The position numbers and the translations under genes were made by a program. Shown here piece by piece: positions 7,879 to 17,310 of a stretch of DNA of 27,825 nucleotides (positions are counted from its first letter, which is position 1; each line of letters opens with the position of its first letter). Location: positions 1 through 27,825 of the forward strand of contig JAZDHP010000012.1 of NCBI GenBank assembly GCA_043805855.1. Reading direction: 5' to 3'. This stretch comes from Candidatus Micrarchaeota archaeon. Lineage in GTDB: Archaea > Micrarchaeota > Micrarchaeia > Norongarragalinales > UBA8480. The notes beneath the pieces were generated by a model. The model was not told where the DNA came from. It searched no databases and was given only the letters and a program-made list of their open reading frames with translations.

Positions 7879-8127
7879 ATGGTGAATTTAGTGGAAGTTG
7901 GAGTTTACGAGAAGAGTCTTGACAACCAAGGTAGGTTTGTCGTTCCAGTTGCACTTCGTTCAACGTTGAAAGAGTTTCTAATGCTAGTTTACAAAGACCA
8001 CGTGAAACTCGTGCCAAAAAAGCACGTTAAGTTAACTGATTTGTTTGACTCTGTTGAAGTTCCGAATCTTCCAGCTGACTATAAACAACTAAAACGCGAA
8101 TTAATGCGCAAATATGAGGTTGAGTGA
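7879..8127 (+). CDS. vapB: AbrB/MazE/SpoVT-family antitoxin (VapB)
   Basis: KSLDNQGRFVVPVALR swapped-hairpin motif; GTGA overlap with the PIN gene; TATA ctttaaata 7851-7859. Confidence 0.75.
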   Translation: MVNLVEVGVYEKSLDNQGRFVVPVALRSTLKEFLMLVYKDHVKLVPKKHVKLTDLFDSVEVPNLPADYKQLKRELMRKYEVE

Positions 8128-8552
8128 GACACTTGCGATTTGTAGATTCTAATATATTGATATATGCGTTGCTTAAATCGCAGCGGGAACTTACCTCTGA
8201 AGTGCGCGCGATAAAAAGTTCAGCTCAAAACATACTTGCCCGAGTTGAAAAAGGTGAAAAGGTGATAACTAGCGTGGTTCATTTATCTGAATTTGTCAAC
8301 GTGCTTGAACGTCATATTTCAGCTAGACAACAGCGAGCTACTTTAGAGTCTATATTGTCAAATAAAAATATTGAAATTGTATCTGTAACTAGAGAAAGTT
8401 ATGATTTGGCTATTGAATTAGCTCGAAATAGTGAATTAGGTATAAATGACGCTCTTGCTGTAGTGATAATGCAACAAAGAGAGGTTAGTGAGATTTACTC
8501 TTTTGACAAAGATTATGATTTAGTTTCAGGCGTAATTCGACTTACTAAATAA
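8124..8552 (+). CDS. vapC: PIN-domain VapC toxin
   Basis: FVDSNILIY, HLSEF, INDALAV, IYSFDKDYD acidic PIN motifs. Confidence 0.9.
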   Translation: MRHLRFVDSNILIYALLKSQRELTSEVRAIKSSAQNILARVEKGEKVITSVVHLSEFVNVLERHISARQQRATLESILSNKNIEIVSVTRESYDLAIELARNSELGINDALAVVIMQQREVSEIYSFDKDYDLVSGVIRLTK

Positions 8553-8606
8553 GTAACTATTTCACTATGTTTAAATGCCTTACTTGCGTTACTTTTAGGT
8601 ATACAC

Positions 8607-11600
8607 ATGTTTGGGCGTAATAAACCTGAAAAGCAAAGTGGGTTGGGAGACAAGTTTAAAGAGCTAGAGGAAGCCAAGCCAACTCAAGTTGAAAAAGTTG
8701 ACACTGGTTTTGGCAAAAAGGATTACTATTTACAAGAGCAAGAGCAAGTTGAACTTGGCAAAAGCGGGTTATACAACAAAGGCGGCAAAGGCAAGATAAA
8801 ATTCGAACTGCCAAAAATAAATCCCCTGCTAATTGCGGGAATTTTGTTAGTTATTATTGGCGTTGCTGGCTTTCTATTTTTTTACAAGCCAACGCAAGTT
8901 GTTGCAGGTGGTTTTGAAATTGTCGTATTTGCAGGAGAAGCGAAGTTACCAAATGCAGTTGTAACTGTTTACGATGGCGAAATCGCTATTGCTAACGCAA
9001 CTACTGATTCCAGCGGCCGCGTGTCTTTCTCTGGGCTTCCGAATAAAATATTGAAATTTGAAGTTTCTACAAGCAGTGGCAAAGTGAACAAATCAATTAA
9101 CACAAGAGGAAGAAAAGCTTATTCTTTCAACGTCGGCGGTGCAGGGATAATTGCAGTTGACGAGTTGGTTTTTTCAATTTTACAAGAGGGAACTCGCGAG
9201 CCAATTGAAGGAGTTAAAATTTCTTATTCTCTTGGAAGTGAAGTAGCGCGTCGTTTTGTTGACAGTGCAAGCGACGGCAAAGCAGTTATTCCATTGGAAG
9301 GGGAAAGTATTGTTCGTTTACGTATTGTTGACCCACAGCGTCGCTTCCAGCCAGAAAGTTTTTCAATCCTGGCAAGTAAAGCGCCGAGGGAGATTTTACT
9401 AAAACCTCTTGAACGCAGTGCCACGCAGGCGAATGTTGAACCGCTAACCACTAGTGTAATTGTCAAGCCTCGTTTTGAAAGTGCAGTTGTTCCAAATGCA
9501 ATTGTAACCGCGAGTTACGTTTTTACTGGCGGTGAAATTAATTCAGTTGCAGCAACTAATGGTGAAGCGCGTTTTGAAAACTTATCAATAAACTCTCTTA
9601 TTTCATTTACAGTTCAAGCTCCTAGTTTTTATCCAAAGTCTAACCAAGTGCAATTAACAAAAGAAATGCAGCCAATTGTAATTTCTTTGAATAAAATTCC
9701 TCCAGAGGCGCCAAGGACAAAAATAGTTGCCAATGTTGGCAGTGGCGAAGTTTACATTTTCCAAAAAGGCAATTTGACTAAACTTGTTTCAACAGTTTTA
9801 GTAAATGGTTCAGCTCAATTTGTGCTTGAAGAAGGAGCGTACTACGCGTTGGTAATTGCGCAGGGTTACTTGCCGTTTACGACAAGTGAGTTTACAAATG
9901 GTGAACAAGTTAATGTTGAACTATTGCAATCAAGTGAAGAAAATTCAGTTAACTTAGAAGTTAACGTAACTGACGAGGACGGTGCGTCTCTCTCAGGCGC
10001 AAGTGCAGTTGTTTTAAACGCAGATGGTTTACTAGCGAGCTTACCAATTGAAACTCAACTTGACGCGCCGGTTACTTTTGTACTGCCGGTTAATTTACAA
10101 GCCGAAGCACGTGCTGTTTTTGAAGGCATTGAAGCTTCGCAAGTGGTTGATTTATTTCAAGACGCGTCAGTTCAGTTACAGCTAAGTACAAAAGCAGCGT
10201 TTCTTGACTTACAAGTTCGCAGCTTAAAGGACAATTCGTTAGTAAGTGTAACGTTAACGAGTTTTTACAACGGTGCAGCTTACAATTCCTGCAGTGGTAA
10301 TGGTGGTTGTACTGTTCGTGTTAAAGGTAATGAAGACATTGCAGTTCAAGTTGAAGGAGCTGGTTACTTGCCTTACACTTTTTACAGCGAGTCAATTCCT
10401 GAACGAACTGCGAAAAGCGACGTTGTGCACGTTGTGCCGTCAAGTTTAGCAAATGCTGTTGATGTTAAGTTACTTGAAGTTAAAAACAGCGAGAGCAATG
10501 TTGTTACTGGAAATGTTTTACGTCCAGGTAAGTACAACGCGCGTTTTTTTGTATCTGGAATTAATGCAGAGCAACTTTCACTTTATGTTCGCATTGGCGA
10601 TGGAAAGCAAAACTCTTCTTTATCTGCAGTGCATTTACTTGAGCCACTTTCTGTAAATGATGTAGATGTAGCAAAGTCAAAAGTTTACCTTGGCGAAAAG
10701 CCACAGTGTGAAGATTTGCTAGATCCAGCAATGGAACCGCCGTACAAGTGGGTTGAGTTAACTTTCTTTAACACTTCAACGCAAGAAGTTGACATTCCAT
10801 TTGAAATTCCGCAAAACATTCGTGGAAATTCAACATTTACACTTGAATACCGAGGTAAAATAGTTGCAGGCAATGCAGTTAGCCGCTTTCCGCAAGATTC
10901 AGTTCTTGGTTTTGAACCAGCTTCTCTAACGCGCGCAAATTGCTATGCTGAAACAACTGGCCAACGTTTTACAATTTCCGAAAGCCAAGCGCCGTCAATT
11001 GAAAGCGTGCTTCCGCTAGTTGAAGGTCAGTTTACAAGCAGCGACGGTATTGTTTTTGATCCAGTGCAAGGCAAGATAAAATCGCAAAATGGTTTAACTG
11101 CGTTTGAATTGCAAGTTGACTCAATTTTACCCGGAGACGCCATGCCTTTAGCGTTGCAATCCGACGACCAGTGTTCAATTTTAGTAAAACAGCCAAACAC
11201 TACGTCTAATGATCCAACTGCGTCTTGCTATCGTTATGATTCAGCAAAGTCAATGCTGGTGTTTGAAACTAAAGAGTTGAACTCCATTTGTCCAATTTAC
11301 TTGAAAAACGATAAGTTCTATTCAAAAAATGGAGCAAGGGTTCTACGCAGCAACGCGACGTTATCTATATTGGCAACTTGCTCTCCTGAAGCAAAAATGG
11401 AAATGCCAATAACTGTCAAATTTGTTTCTGACGTTGTTTCTCTTACAGTGAAGCCAGAGTCAGATCAACTTGGTGAAGGCGACGCGGCGAAGTTACTTTA
11501 TGTTATAAACAACCGCCAGCTACAGCGCCGTAACATAGAAGCAACATTCCAGTCAACTAAAAACTACCAGTTGTCTGGCGTAAGTGCAAAAGCAATAGCT

Positions 11601-13397
11601 TGGCGCGGGCCGGGCGATTTGGAGTTCAGCGAAAACGGGGATTTAATTGAACAGATTACCTTCGAAGGTACGCCTAACAATTTCTTGAAAACTGGAATTG
11701 GCATTTTAAGCCACCGTCAAACTACTTGCGGTGCAAGCGACGTTTACTGCTGTGCAAATGGCTGGTGTACGCGTAAAGCGCTTGAAGAGTTTATTCCCTC
11801 GTTTAAAGAAATCGCGTTGAAAACTGCAAAGGCAACTGCATTTCGTCGCGGTAGCGGCCAACCATTGGCTTACTTTTCGTCAACTCCGTTTAAATTCGTA
11901 ACAGTTGTACAAGCAGCTCAAGGCAGCCAAACGGCGCTCACTGTACAGGGAACGACTTTTTCACAGCCAGTAACTTGCCTACCTGGAAACCCGGGCGTTT
12001 ATGAGTTAACTGCTTCTTCGCTTGACAATGGCGACGATTCATGGAACTACTCTGCGCGTGCACTTGAATTGAAAAGCGGCGATTACATTCAAGCGCCTTC
12101 AGGTTGCGGCGGGGGCTCAAATGTAACTCAATTTAGCGCGACGGCGCCAAACGGTGAAGTAACGTTGTGCAACTTCTTGCAGCCGAAGAACAATTGCATT
12201 GAGTCAACTAAAAACGCGTCGATTGTTTCAATTGACCAAGTTGAAACACTAACGTTTGAATTTACTAACTGCATGTATCCAGTTTTCCCGGGTGCGCCTG
12301 TATGTCCTGGGATAAAAATGGTGCTTCCTGCTGTTAACATTGGTAACTTAGAGTCAGAAGCTGAGTTTAACCCTGCGGACGCTCCGAACGCGTTTGAAAA
12401 AATCTGGGAGGGGTTCAGCGATAGAAGTAATTCAAACTTTTCGATATTTTCTTGGAGCGGGCAACTCAAATGCATTGTGCCGCCTTCAGTGCAGCAGTTT
12501 GCAATTACAGCAGCAGCTTCTGGGATTAATTTAATGCCAGGCGCAGCTGACGAGGAAGCTAAAACGAGAACCGCAGCGCCAGTAACCGCAGACGTGTGCA
12601 AACAATCGGACTTCTTTAACCTTGGAGTGATACCTAACATGGATACACTCATTCCGCTTGCGGGAGTATGCTGTCCAGAGGGGATAACCGCCCAAATTTG
12701 TACTCCAAAGCGCGGTAAATTCTTCGTTAGCTCTCGTGATAACAAAGTGAAAATAATAACCCAATGGGGTTTAACCGAAGGTTGCTACCCGTACTGGCCG
12801 TTCCCAACAACAATTAAGGGTTTAATGCAAAGCCAAAACTTGGTAAGCGCGGCGTTTGGACTTGGCGAGTTCATCACTTCCAACGGCGCGAATTTTGAAA
12901 TGTCCCTATCTTCAGAAACGCCAGGCGAAAAGCCAGTTGCCGCAGCTGGTCTGTCAAGCAAAGCATGCCGCGGTGATGGCGAATGTGCAGCTTACGAGCA
13001 ATGTGCGGTTAACTCGATTTATTCCTATAAGGGAAGCGGTGCAGGTGGAAGCGGTAAATGCGTTGGTGCTAGCTCGACTCCGGGAGTTTGTACATATTCA
13101 AACGTAAAAGAAAAAGAGAAGTGCACTGGTGGCATGCAATGTGAAACCAGCGGCGACAAAACTGCAACTTGCAAAGAATGCGGAAATGCAAACGAAGCGT
13201 CATGCTGTGTAAGCGACACCAACGCCTACTGCAAAGGACATTTAGGTTGTTTCCAAACTGGAACGGTTTTCAAGTGCACTTCTAATTGTGGTGACGAAGA
13301 GCAACCGCCATGTGCGGATACAATGTGCAATTCAGGCTTGCGTCCAACTTCTCCAACATTTACTGGCGACACAGGCAGTTCAAAATGCGTTAAGTAA
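8607..13397 (+). CDS. Giant single-pass membrane surface protein with carboxypeptidase-regulatory/PEGA-like beta-sandwich repeats and a Cys-rich C-terminus
   Basis: Charged ~70-aa N-terminus, TM helix LLIAGILLVIIGVAGFLFFY, repeats such as LPNAVVTV..TTDSSGRVSF, PIEGVKI..SDGKAVI and SLSGASAV; dense Cys motifs at the C-terminus. Confidence 0.75.
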   Translation: MFGRNKPEKQSGLGDKFKELEEAKPTQVEKVDTGFGKKDYYLQEQEQVELGKSGLYNKGGKGKIKFELPKINPLLIAGILLVIIGVAGFLFFYKPTQVVAGGFEIVVFAGEAKLPNAVVTVYDGEIAIANATTDSSGRVSFSGLPNKILKFEVSTSSGKVNKSINTRGRKAYSFNVGGAGIIAVDELVFSILQEGTREPIEGVKISYSLGSEVARRFVDSASDGKAVIPLEGESIVRLRIVDPQRRFQPESFSILASKAPREILLKPLERSATQANVEPLTTSVIVKPRFESAVVPNAIVTASYVFTGGEINSVAATNGEARFENLSINSLISFTVQAPSFYPKSNQVQLTKEMQPIVISLNKIPPEAPRTKIVANVGSGEVYIFQKGNLTKLVSTVLVNGSAQFVLEEGAYYALVIAQGYLPFTTSEFTNGEQVNVELLQSSEENSVNLEVNVTDEDGASLSGASAVVLNADGLLASLPIETQLDAPVTFVLPVNLQAEARAVFEGIEASQVVDLFQDASVQLQLSTKAAFLDLQVRSLKDNSLVSVTLTSFYNGAAYNSCSGNGGCTVRVKGNEDIAVQVEGAGYLPYTFYSESIPERTAKSDVVHVVPSSLANAVDVKLLEVKNSESNVVTGNVLRPGKYNARFFVSGINAEQLSLYVRIGDGKQNSSLSAVHLLEPLSVNDVDVAKSKVYLGEKPQCEDLLDPAMEPPYKWVELTFFNTSTQEVDIPFEIPQNIRGNSTFTLEYRGKIVAGNAVSRFPQDSVLGFEPASLTRANCYAETTGQRFTISESQAPSIESVLPLVEGQFTSSDGIVFDPVQGKIKSQNGLTAFELQVDSILPGDAMPLALQSDDQCSILVKQPNTTSNDPTASCYRYDSAKSMLVFETKELNSICPIYLKNDKFYSKNGARVLRSNATLSILATCSPEAKMEMPITVKFVSDVVSLTVKPESDQLGEGDAAKLLYVINNRQLQRRNIEATFQSTKNYQLSGVSAKAIAWRGPGDLEFSENGDLIEQITFEGTPNNFLKTGIGILSHRQTTCGASDVYCCANGWCTRKALEEFIPSFKEIALKTAKATAFRRGSGQPLAYFSSTPFKFVTVVQAAQGSQTALTVQGTTFSQPVTCLPGNPGVYELTASSLDNGDDSWNYSARALELKSGDYIQAPSGCGGGSNVTQFSATAPNGEVTLCNFLQPKNNCIESTKNASIVSIDQVETLTFEFTNCMYPVFPGAPVCPGIKMVLPAVNIGNLESEAEFNPADAPNAFEKIWEGFSDRSNSNFSIFSWSGQLKCIVPPSVQQFAITAAASGINLMPGAADEEAKTRTAAPVTADVCKQSDFFNLGVIPNMDTLIPLAGVCCPEGITAQICTPKRGKFFVSSRDNKVKIITQWGLTEGCYPYWPFPTTIKGLMQSQNLVSAAFGLGEFITSNGANFEMSLSSETPGEKPVAAAGLSSKACRGDGECAAYEQCAVNSIYSYKGSGAGGSGKCVGASSTPGVCTYSNVKEKEKCTGGMQCETSGDKTATCKECGNANEASCCVSDTNAYCKGHLGCFQTGTVFKCTSNCGDEEQPPCADTMCNSGLRPTSPTFTGDTGSSKCVK

Positions 13398-13572
13398 CTC
13401 ACTTAGCTAATCGATTCTAATTAAAAATAAGTTAAGGTATACCGCGCGTTTATTGAGTTATGGCTAGGCTAATTGTAAATCAAAAGTTAAAATTATAAAA
13501 AAAGGGAAAACGGGAACAAAAAAGAAAAGTCCCCGTTCGGAGAAAAAATTATTTTAGGTTAGCTCTTGGCCG

Positions 13573-13655
13573 AGGTCTCAATGAGCACAACGCTTTGCGT
13601 TGTGACTCAGTCACAATTCCGCGGAATTGTGCTGAAGGCCCGGCCTTGAGGGCCT
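13573..13655. repeat. Structured cloverleaf element copy B (inverted relative to copy A)
   Basis: aatgagcacaa-cgctttgcg-ttgtgactcag-t-cacaattccgcggaattgtg-ctgaaggcc-c-ggcctt; outer stem aggtctca/tgagggcct. Confidence 0.7.
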
Positions 13656-13660
13656 TTGTT

Positions 13661-14719
13661 CTAGTACTTTATAGCGTCTAGGTTGTAGGTTGGCATTGCT
13701 GGTTTGGCGGCTACTTCGTGGCCAACAAGTTGGTCACTTTGGATGCCAGTGAGCACAGCAGTGACGACGATTTTGTCGCCCATTTCTGGAACTAAACGCG
13801 CTCCCCATTTCACGTATGCGTTTGAGTCAAACGATGAAGTTATACCTTCTCCAATTTTAACAGCTTCGCCTAGTGTTAAGTTCGAGCCACCTTGAATTAA
13901 GATGAGCCCTCCCTTTGCTCCAGCGTAGTCTACGTCAAGCAGCGGGTGTTCAAGCGTTGATTTAATAACGTCGTCAACCTTGTCGTTGCCCTTGCCTTCG
14001 CCAATGGAAATCATTGAAACTCCACCGCCTGACATGATCATCCTCAAGTCTGCGAAGTCAATGTTCATCAAGCTAGGCAGCATGATTGTGTCTGCAATGC
14101 CTTTAACTGCCCGAGCAACTAGCGTGTCTGCAACTGCAAAAGCTTGGTTCATTGGAAGATTCGGTACATAAGATACAAGGCGGTTGTTGTCGATAATTAC
14201 AACTGTGTCGCATACCTTTGTTAGTTCTTCAATTCCCCAGTCTGCTTTTGACAAACGCGCGCGTTCAAGAACAAACGGGAAAGATACAATTGCGATTGTA
14301 ATTGCTCCAGTTTTCTTTGCAATATCTGCAATAACTGGTGCTGCGCCTGTACCAGTTCCGCCTCCCATACCTGCGGTTATGAAAACTAGTTCATTATCTC
14401 CAAGTAGTTCAGCGAGTTTCTCGCGAGAGCTTTCAGCTGCTTTCATTCCAATTTCGGGAAAGCCGCCAGCGCCCATACCCTTAGTAAGGTTAGCTCCTAT
14501 AAGCACTTTTTTGTCAGCGTCAATTAGTTTCAAGTGGTTCGCGTCAGTGTTTATCGCAATGGTTCTTGCACTTTCCAAGCCCATTGATTTTAACCTGTGC
14601 ACGGTGTTTGTTCCAGCGCCTCCAACTCCAACAACGCTAATGCGAATGTCAGACGGTGCTAGGCTCTTTACTGTTTTTGGCGTCGAGTTTCTCATCGCGT
14701 CAGCAATTAATCCATCCAT
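13661..14719 (-). CDS. ftsZ: Cell division GTPase FtsZ (FtsZ2-like), second copy
   Basis: [22 protein letters not shown] signature, IDNNRL, NIDFAD T7 loop. Confidence 0.96.
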   Translation of the reverse strand: MDGLIADAMRNSTPKTVKSLAPSDIRISVVGVGGAGTNTVHRLKSMGLESARTIAINTDANHLKLIDADKKVLIGANLTKGMGAGGFPEIGMKAAESSREKLAELLGDNELVFITAGMGGGTGTGAAPVIADIAKKTGAITIAIVSFPFVLERARLSKADWGIEELTKVCDTVVIIDNNRLVSYVPNLPMNQAFAVADTLVARAVKGIADTIMLPSLMNIDFADLRMIMSGGGVSMISIGEGKGNDKVDDVIKSTLEHPLLDVDYAGAKGGLILIQGGSNLTLGEAVKIGEGITSSFDSNAYVKWGARLVPEMGDKIVVTAVLTGIQSDQLVGHEVAAKPAMPTYNLDAIKY

Positions 14720-14770
14720 TTTATTTTTGATACCTCTTTTTCTCCGTTTTTTCCCTACCCTCCTTGTGTT

Positions 14771-14904
14771 TAGCCCGCTTTCGCGAACTATGGTTAATCA
14801 TTGCGCGTGAAAAATTAGCGCACGGATTCCTTTCTACGTTCTGCGCTATATGCAGCGCAACGAGTTTCACAACCCTGGTGGGGAATTTTGGGTTGTTCGC
14901 CCCG
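14771..14904 (-). ncRNA. Candidate structured leader/intergenic RNA between the two ftsZ genes
   Basis: GC-rich island in AT-rich spacer; minus-strand UAGUUCGC-GAAA-GCGGGCUA hairpin with G-U pairs; further stems ttgcgc/gcgcaa, tagcgca/tgcgcta, acaaccc/gggttgt. Confidence 0.4.
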
Positions 14905-14969
14905 TTTTTTTCCTTATATTAAAAAAAATGGAAAAAATCAAAAAATAAAAAAATATAAAATTTTGAACT

Positions 14970-16040
14970 CTATCCTAGGATTTCAATGTCGTATCCGGGT
15001 TCCTTTGTGGCTTTCTTTTGAACTGGTCCATGGCCGACCACGTGTGGTGATTTAACTCCAGTTACAATTGCCGTAATCTCGAGCTTACCGTCGTAGTCTG
15101 GGATTAACCTTGCTCCCCATTTGACACTTGCGTTGGGGTCCATTTGTTCGGTTATAATTTCACCTGCTTTAATTGCATCTCCTAGTGTTAAGTCAGCGCC
15201 GCCTGCGATGTGAATAATCGCACCTTTAGCACCTGCAAAGTCAACGTCAAGCAAACGGTTCTTCATAACGCCGTTTACTGCGTCTTCAACTTTATTCGAG
15301 CCCTTGCCACTGCCTACTGCGATCATTCCAACGTCTCCATTGCCCATGATTGCCCTGACATCAGCAAAGTCAATGTTGACTAGAGAAGGTTGTGTAATGG
15401 TGAACACGAGGCCTCCGATTGCTTTGCCAAGGATTTCATCGGCAACTAGAAACGCTTGGTTCATAGGTAGGTTTGGCACAATCTCAACTAGGCGATTGTT
15501 GTCAAGTATAATTACGGAGTCTGCAACTTGGCGTAGGCGTTGAATTCCTTCGTCTGCTTTGAATACGCGAGCGCGTTCAAGTGCAAATGGATAAGAGACC
15601 ATTGCAACTACAATTGCGCCTTGTTCCTTTGCAATTTGTGAAATAATTGGCGCTGAACCAGTTCCAGTTCCGCCTCCCATACCTGCGGTTACGAAAACTA
15701 AGTGAGAGCCGCTGAGAACTTTTTCCAATTCTGGTCGGTCAACTTCTGCGCATTTAGCTCCAATTTCTGGGAACCCGCCTGCGCCAAGGCCTTTTGTTAT
15801 ACTTTTTCCAATTAGAACTTTGTGAATGCCTTCTTCCATTAGCGAAAGGTGCTGTCGGTCAGTGTTACATGCTACTAACTCTGCGCCTTTTACGCCGAGG
15901 CGTTTCAAGCGGTTAATTGTGTTATTGCCTGCTCCACCGCATCCAATTACCACTATTTTGATTTCTTCAAAATCGTCATTGTTGCTAGTAGACTTCGAAG
16001 AACCGTTGCCTTGCATTGCTGATTTTACTATATCTTCCAT
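14970..16040 (-). CDS. ftsZ: Cell division GTPase FtsZ (FtsZ2-like)
   Basis: [41 protein letters not shown]-like aggagttga upstream. Confidence 0.97.
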   Translation of the reverse strand: MEDIVKSAMQGNGSSKSTSNNDDFEEIKIVVIGCGGAGNNTINRLKRLGVKGAELVACNTDRQHLSLMEEGIHKVLIGKSITKGLGAGGFPEIGAKCAEVDRPELEKVLSGSHLVFVTAGMGGGTGTGSAPIISQIAKEQGAIVVAMVSYPFALERARVFKADEGIQRLRQVADSVIILDNNRLVEIVPNLPMNQAFLVADEILGKAIGGLVFTITQPSLVNIDFADVRAIMGNGDVGMIAVGSGKGSNKVEDAVNGVMKNRLLDVDFAGAKGAIIHIAGGADLTLGDAIKAGEIITEQMDPNASVKWGARLIPDYDGKLEITAIVTGVKSPHVVGHGPVQKKATKEPGYDIEILG

Positions 16041-16100
16041 TTCTAAATTATCAACTCCTTTTCAGAAAAATTTTAAGTAATTATAGCCACGAGATATTTG

Positions 16101-16116
16101 TTTATAAATCTTTCGC
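16101..16116 (-). promoter_or_regulatory. BRE-TATA promoter of ftsZ
   Basis: Minus strand gcgaaaga-tttataaa. Confidence 0.6.
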
Positions 16117-16378
16117 CCTTTTTTTTCGATTTTTACATGGTTTTGTGTCGTTTTTTCACGACAAATAGTGGAAGTGCAGTACCTCTACCCTAAACCAATA
16201 GGTTTATATATAAATTCATATAAACAATTCTGGTGTGTTTTTCGGCACAAGGTTTAAAAGACTTGCGCCTTGATTTTTATCAAAGGTTGTTTTTGTAAGT
16301 TGAAAAATTAAAAAAATAAAATAAAAATAGAGAACAAAATAAAAAGTATTTTTGTAAGTGGTTGGAGAGTGTTGAGAA

Positions 16379-16570
16379 ATGGCTGATTCTGAATCTTATC
16401 TTGTAACTATACCTGGCGAATGGAAGCTAGAAGAATATGCAACTACTACTCGTAAATTTCCATCTATTCAAGACTACGTGCGTGAACTAATACGCAGAGA
16501 TATAGAAGCGTACGAAAAAGAACACGGTGCGCCTGTAGAACAGACAAACGGCAACGGAAAGAAAAAGTAA
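16379..16570 (+). CDS. Small ribbon-helix-helix regulator, CdrS-like
   Basis: beta strand YLVTIP then helices, FPSIQDYVRELIRRD; SD-like ggagag; adjacent to ftsZ. Confidence 0.65.
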   Translation: MADSESYLVTIPGEWKLEEYATTTRKFPSIQDYVRELIRRDIEAYEKEHGAPVEQTNGNGKKK

Positions 16571-16635
16571 AAGTTTCTGTTTGTCCACTTTTTTTGTAGT
16601 TTTTGTTTTAAACTTAAAATTCATTGCTAGTGTAT

Positions 16636-16980
16636 ATGGGTTTTTCTGTAAAAGGCGTTCCGGAGTTTGATTTTCAATATGCTGAGCTAAAGAGATCTGC
16701 TGACGAAGGTAATTATTCTAGTCAAATTTTGTTCAAGAAATTAAACAAGGCAATTGAAAAGTTGAAATTTAATTATAGGAGTGGCGAACACATCTCTAAA
16801 GATAAAATTCCAGCTTTTTATGTAGTTAATTATGGTGTTGAAAATCTCTGGAAGCTTAACCTTGATCGCGATTACCGTTTAGTTTACACTCTTCGTGGAA
16901 ATGAAGTTGAAGTTATTTCAGTTCTGCTTGAGTTCTTTGATCACAAAGCTTACAATAAACGTTTTGGTTATCGCGGTTGA
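16636..16980 (+). CDS. RelE/ParE-superfamily toxin-like protein
   Basis: NLWKLNLDRDYRLVYTL and FFDHKAY fit the RelE fold; ATG 16636 lies about 24 nt after an AT-rich TATA-like box (TTG 16624 is an alternative start). Confidence 0.6.
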   Translation: MGFSVKGVPEFDFQYAELKRSADEGNYSSQILFKKLNKAIEKLKFNYRSGEHISKDKIPAFYVVNYGVENLWKLNLDRDYRLVYTLRGNEVEVISVLLEFFDHKAYNKRFGYRG

Positions 16981-17005
16981 TTAGAGCGTAATGACTTGTT
17001 TAGAA

Positions 17006-17266
17006 TTAGTATTTTTTTCCATATGTAGTTGCTTTGTCAAGTTTTGCATTGGTAAAAATCCAAACTATTTTGTTTTTTGCGAAGGTTATCTTATTGGATT
17101 TTTTTAGGTATTCTAAAATCACTTTTAAAGTTTGGTACATTATCCTTCCTTGTAATGATAAATAAAGTGCGGTTGGCGTTAATTCTGTTTTTGATTTTCT
17201 AATTGTTTCTTCTACTAGCAGTATTGTGTCAAGGCGAGGGTAATGTAAAACTTCCGTTTGTTGCAT
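17006..17266 (-). CDS. Small winged-helix protein (possible antitoxin/regulator)
   Basis: HYPRLDTILLVEETI..IMYQTLKVILEYLKKSNKI wHTH-like pattern. Confidence 0.55.
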   Translation of the reverse strand: MQQTEVLHYPRLDTILLVEETIRKSKTELTPTALYLSLQGRIMYQTLKVILEYLKKSNKITFAKNKIVWIFTNAKLDKATTYGKKY

Positions 17267-17310
17267 GCAGTTACTATTGAGTTTAATATTAATAAACTTA
17301 TCTATACTTC

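Noticed and set aside
14184..14810. 208-aa + strand ORF and other antisense ORFs (e.g. 12128-12745, 20422-20994, 4859-5269)
   Set aside because: Antisense shadows of well-supported genes.
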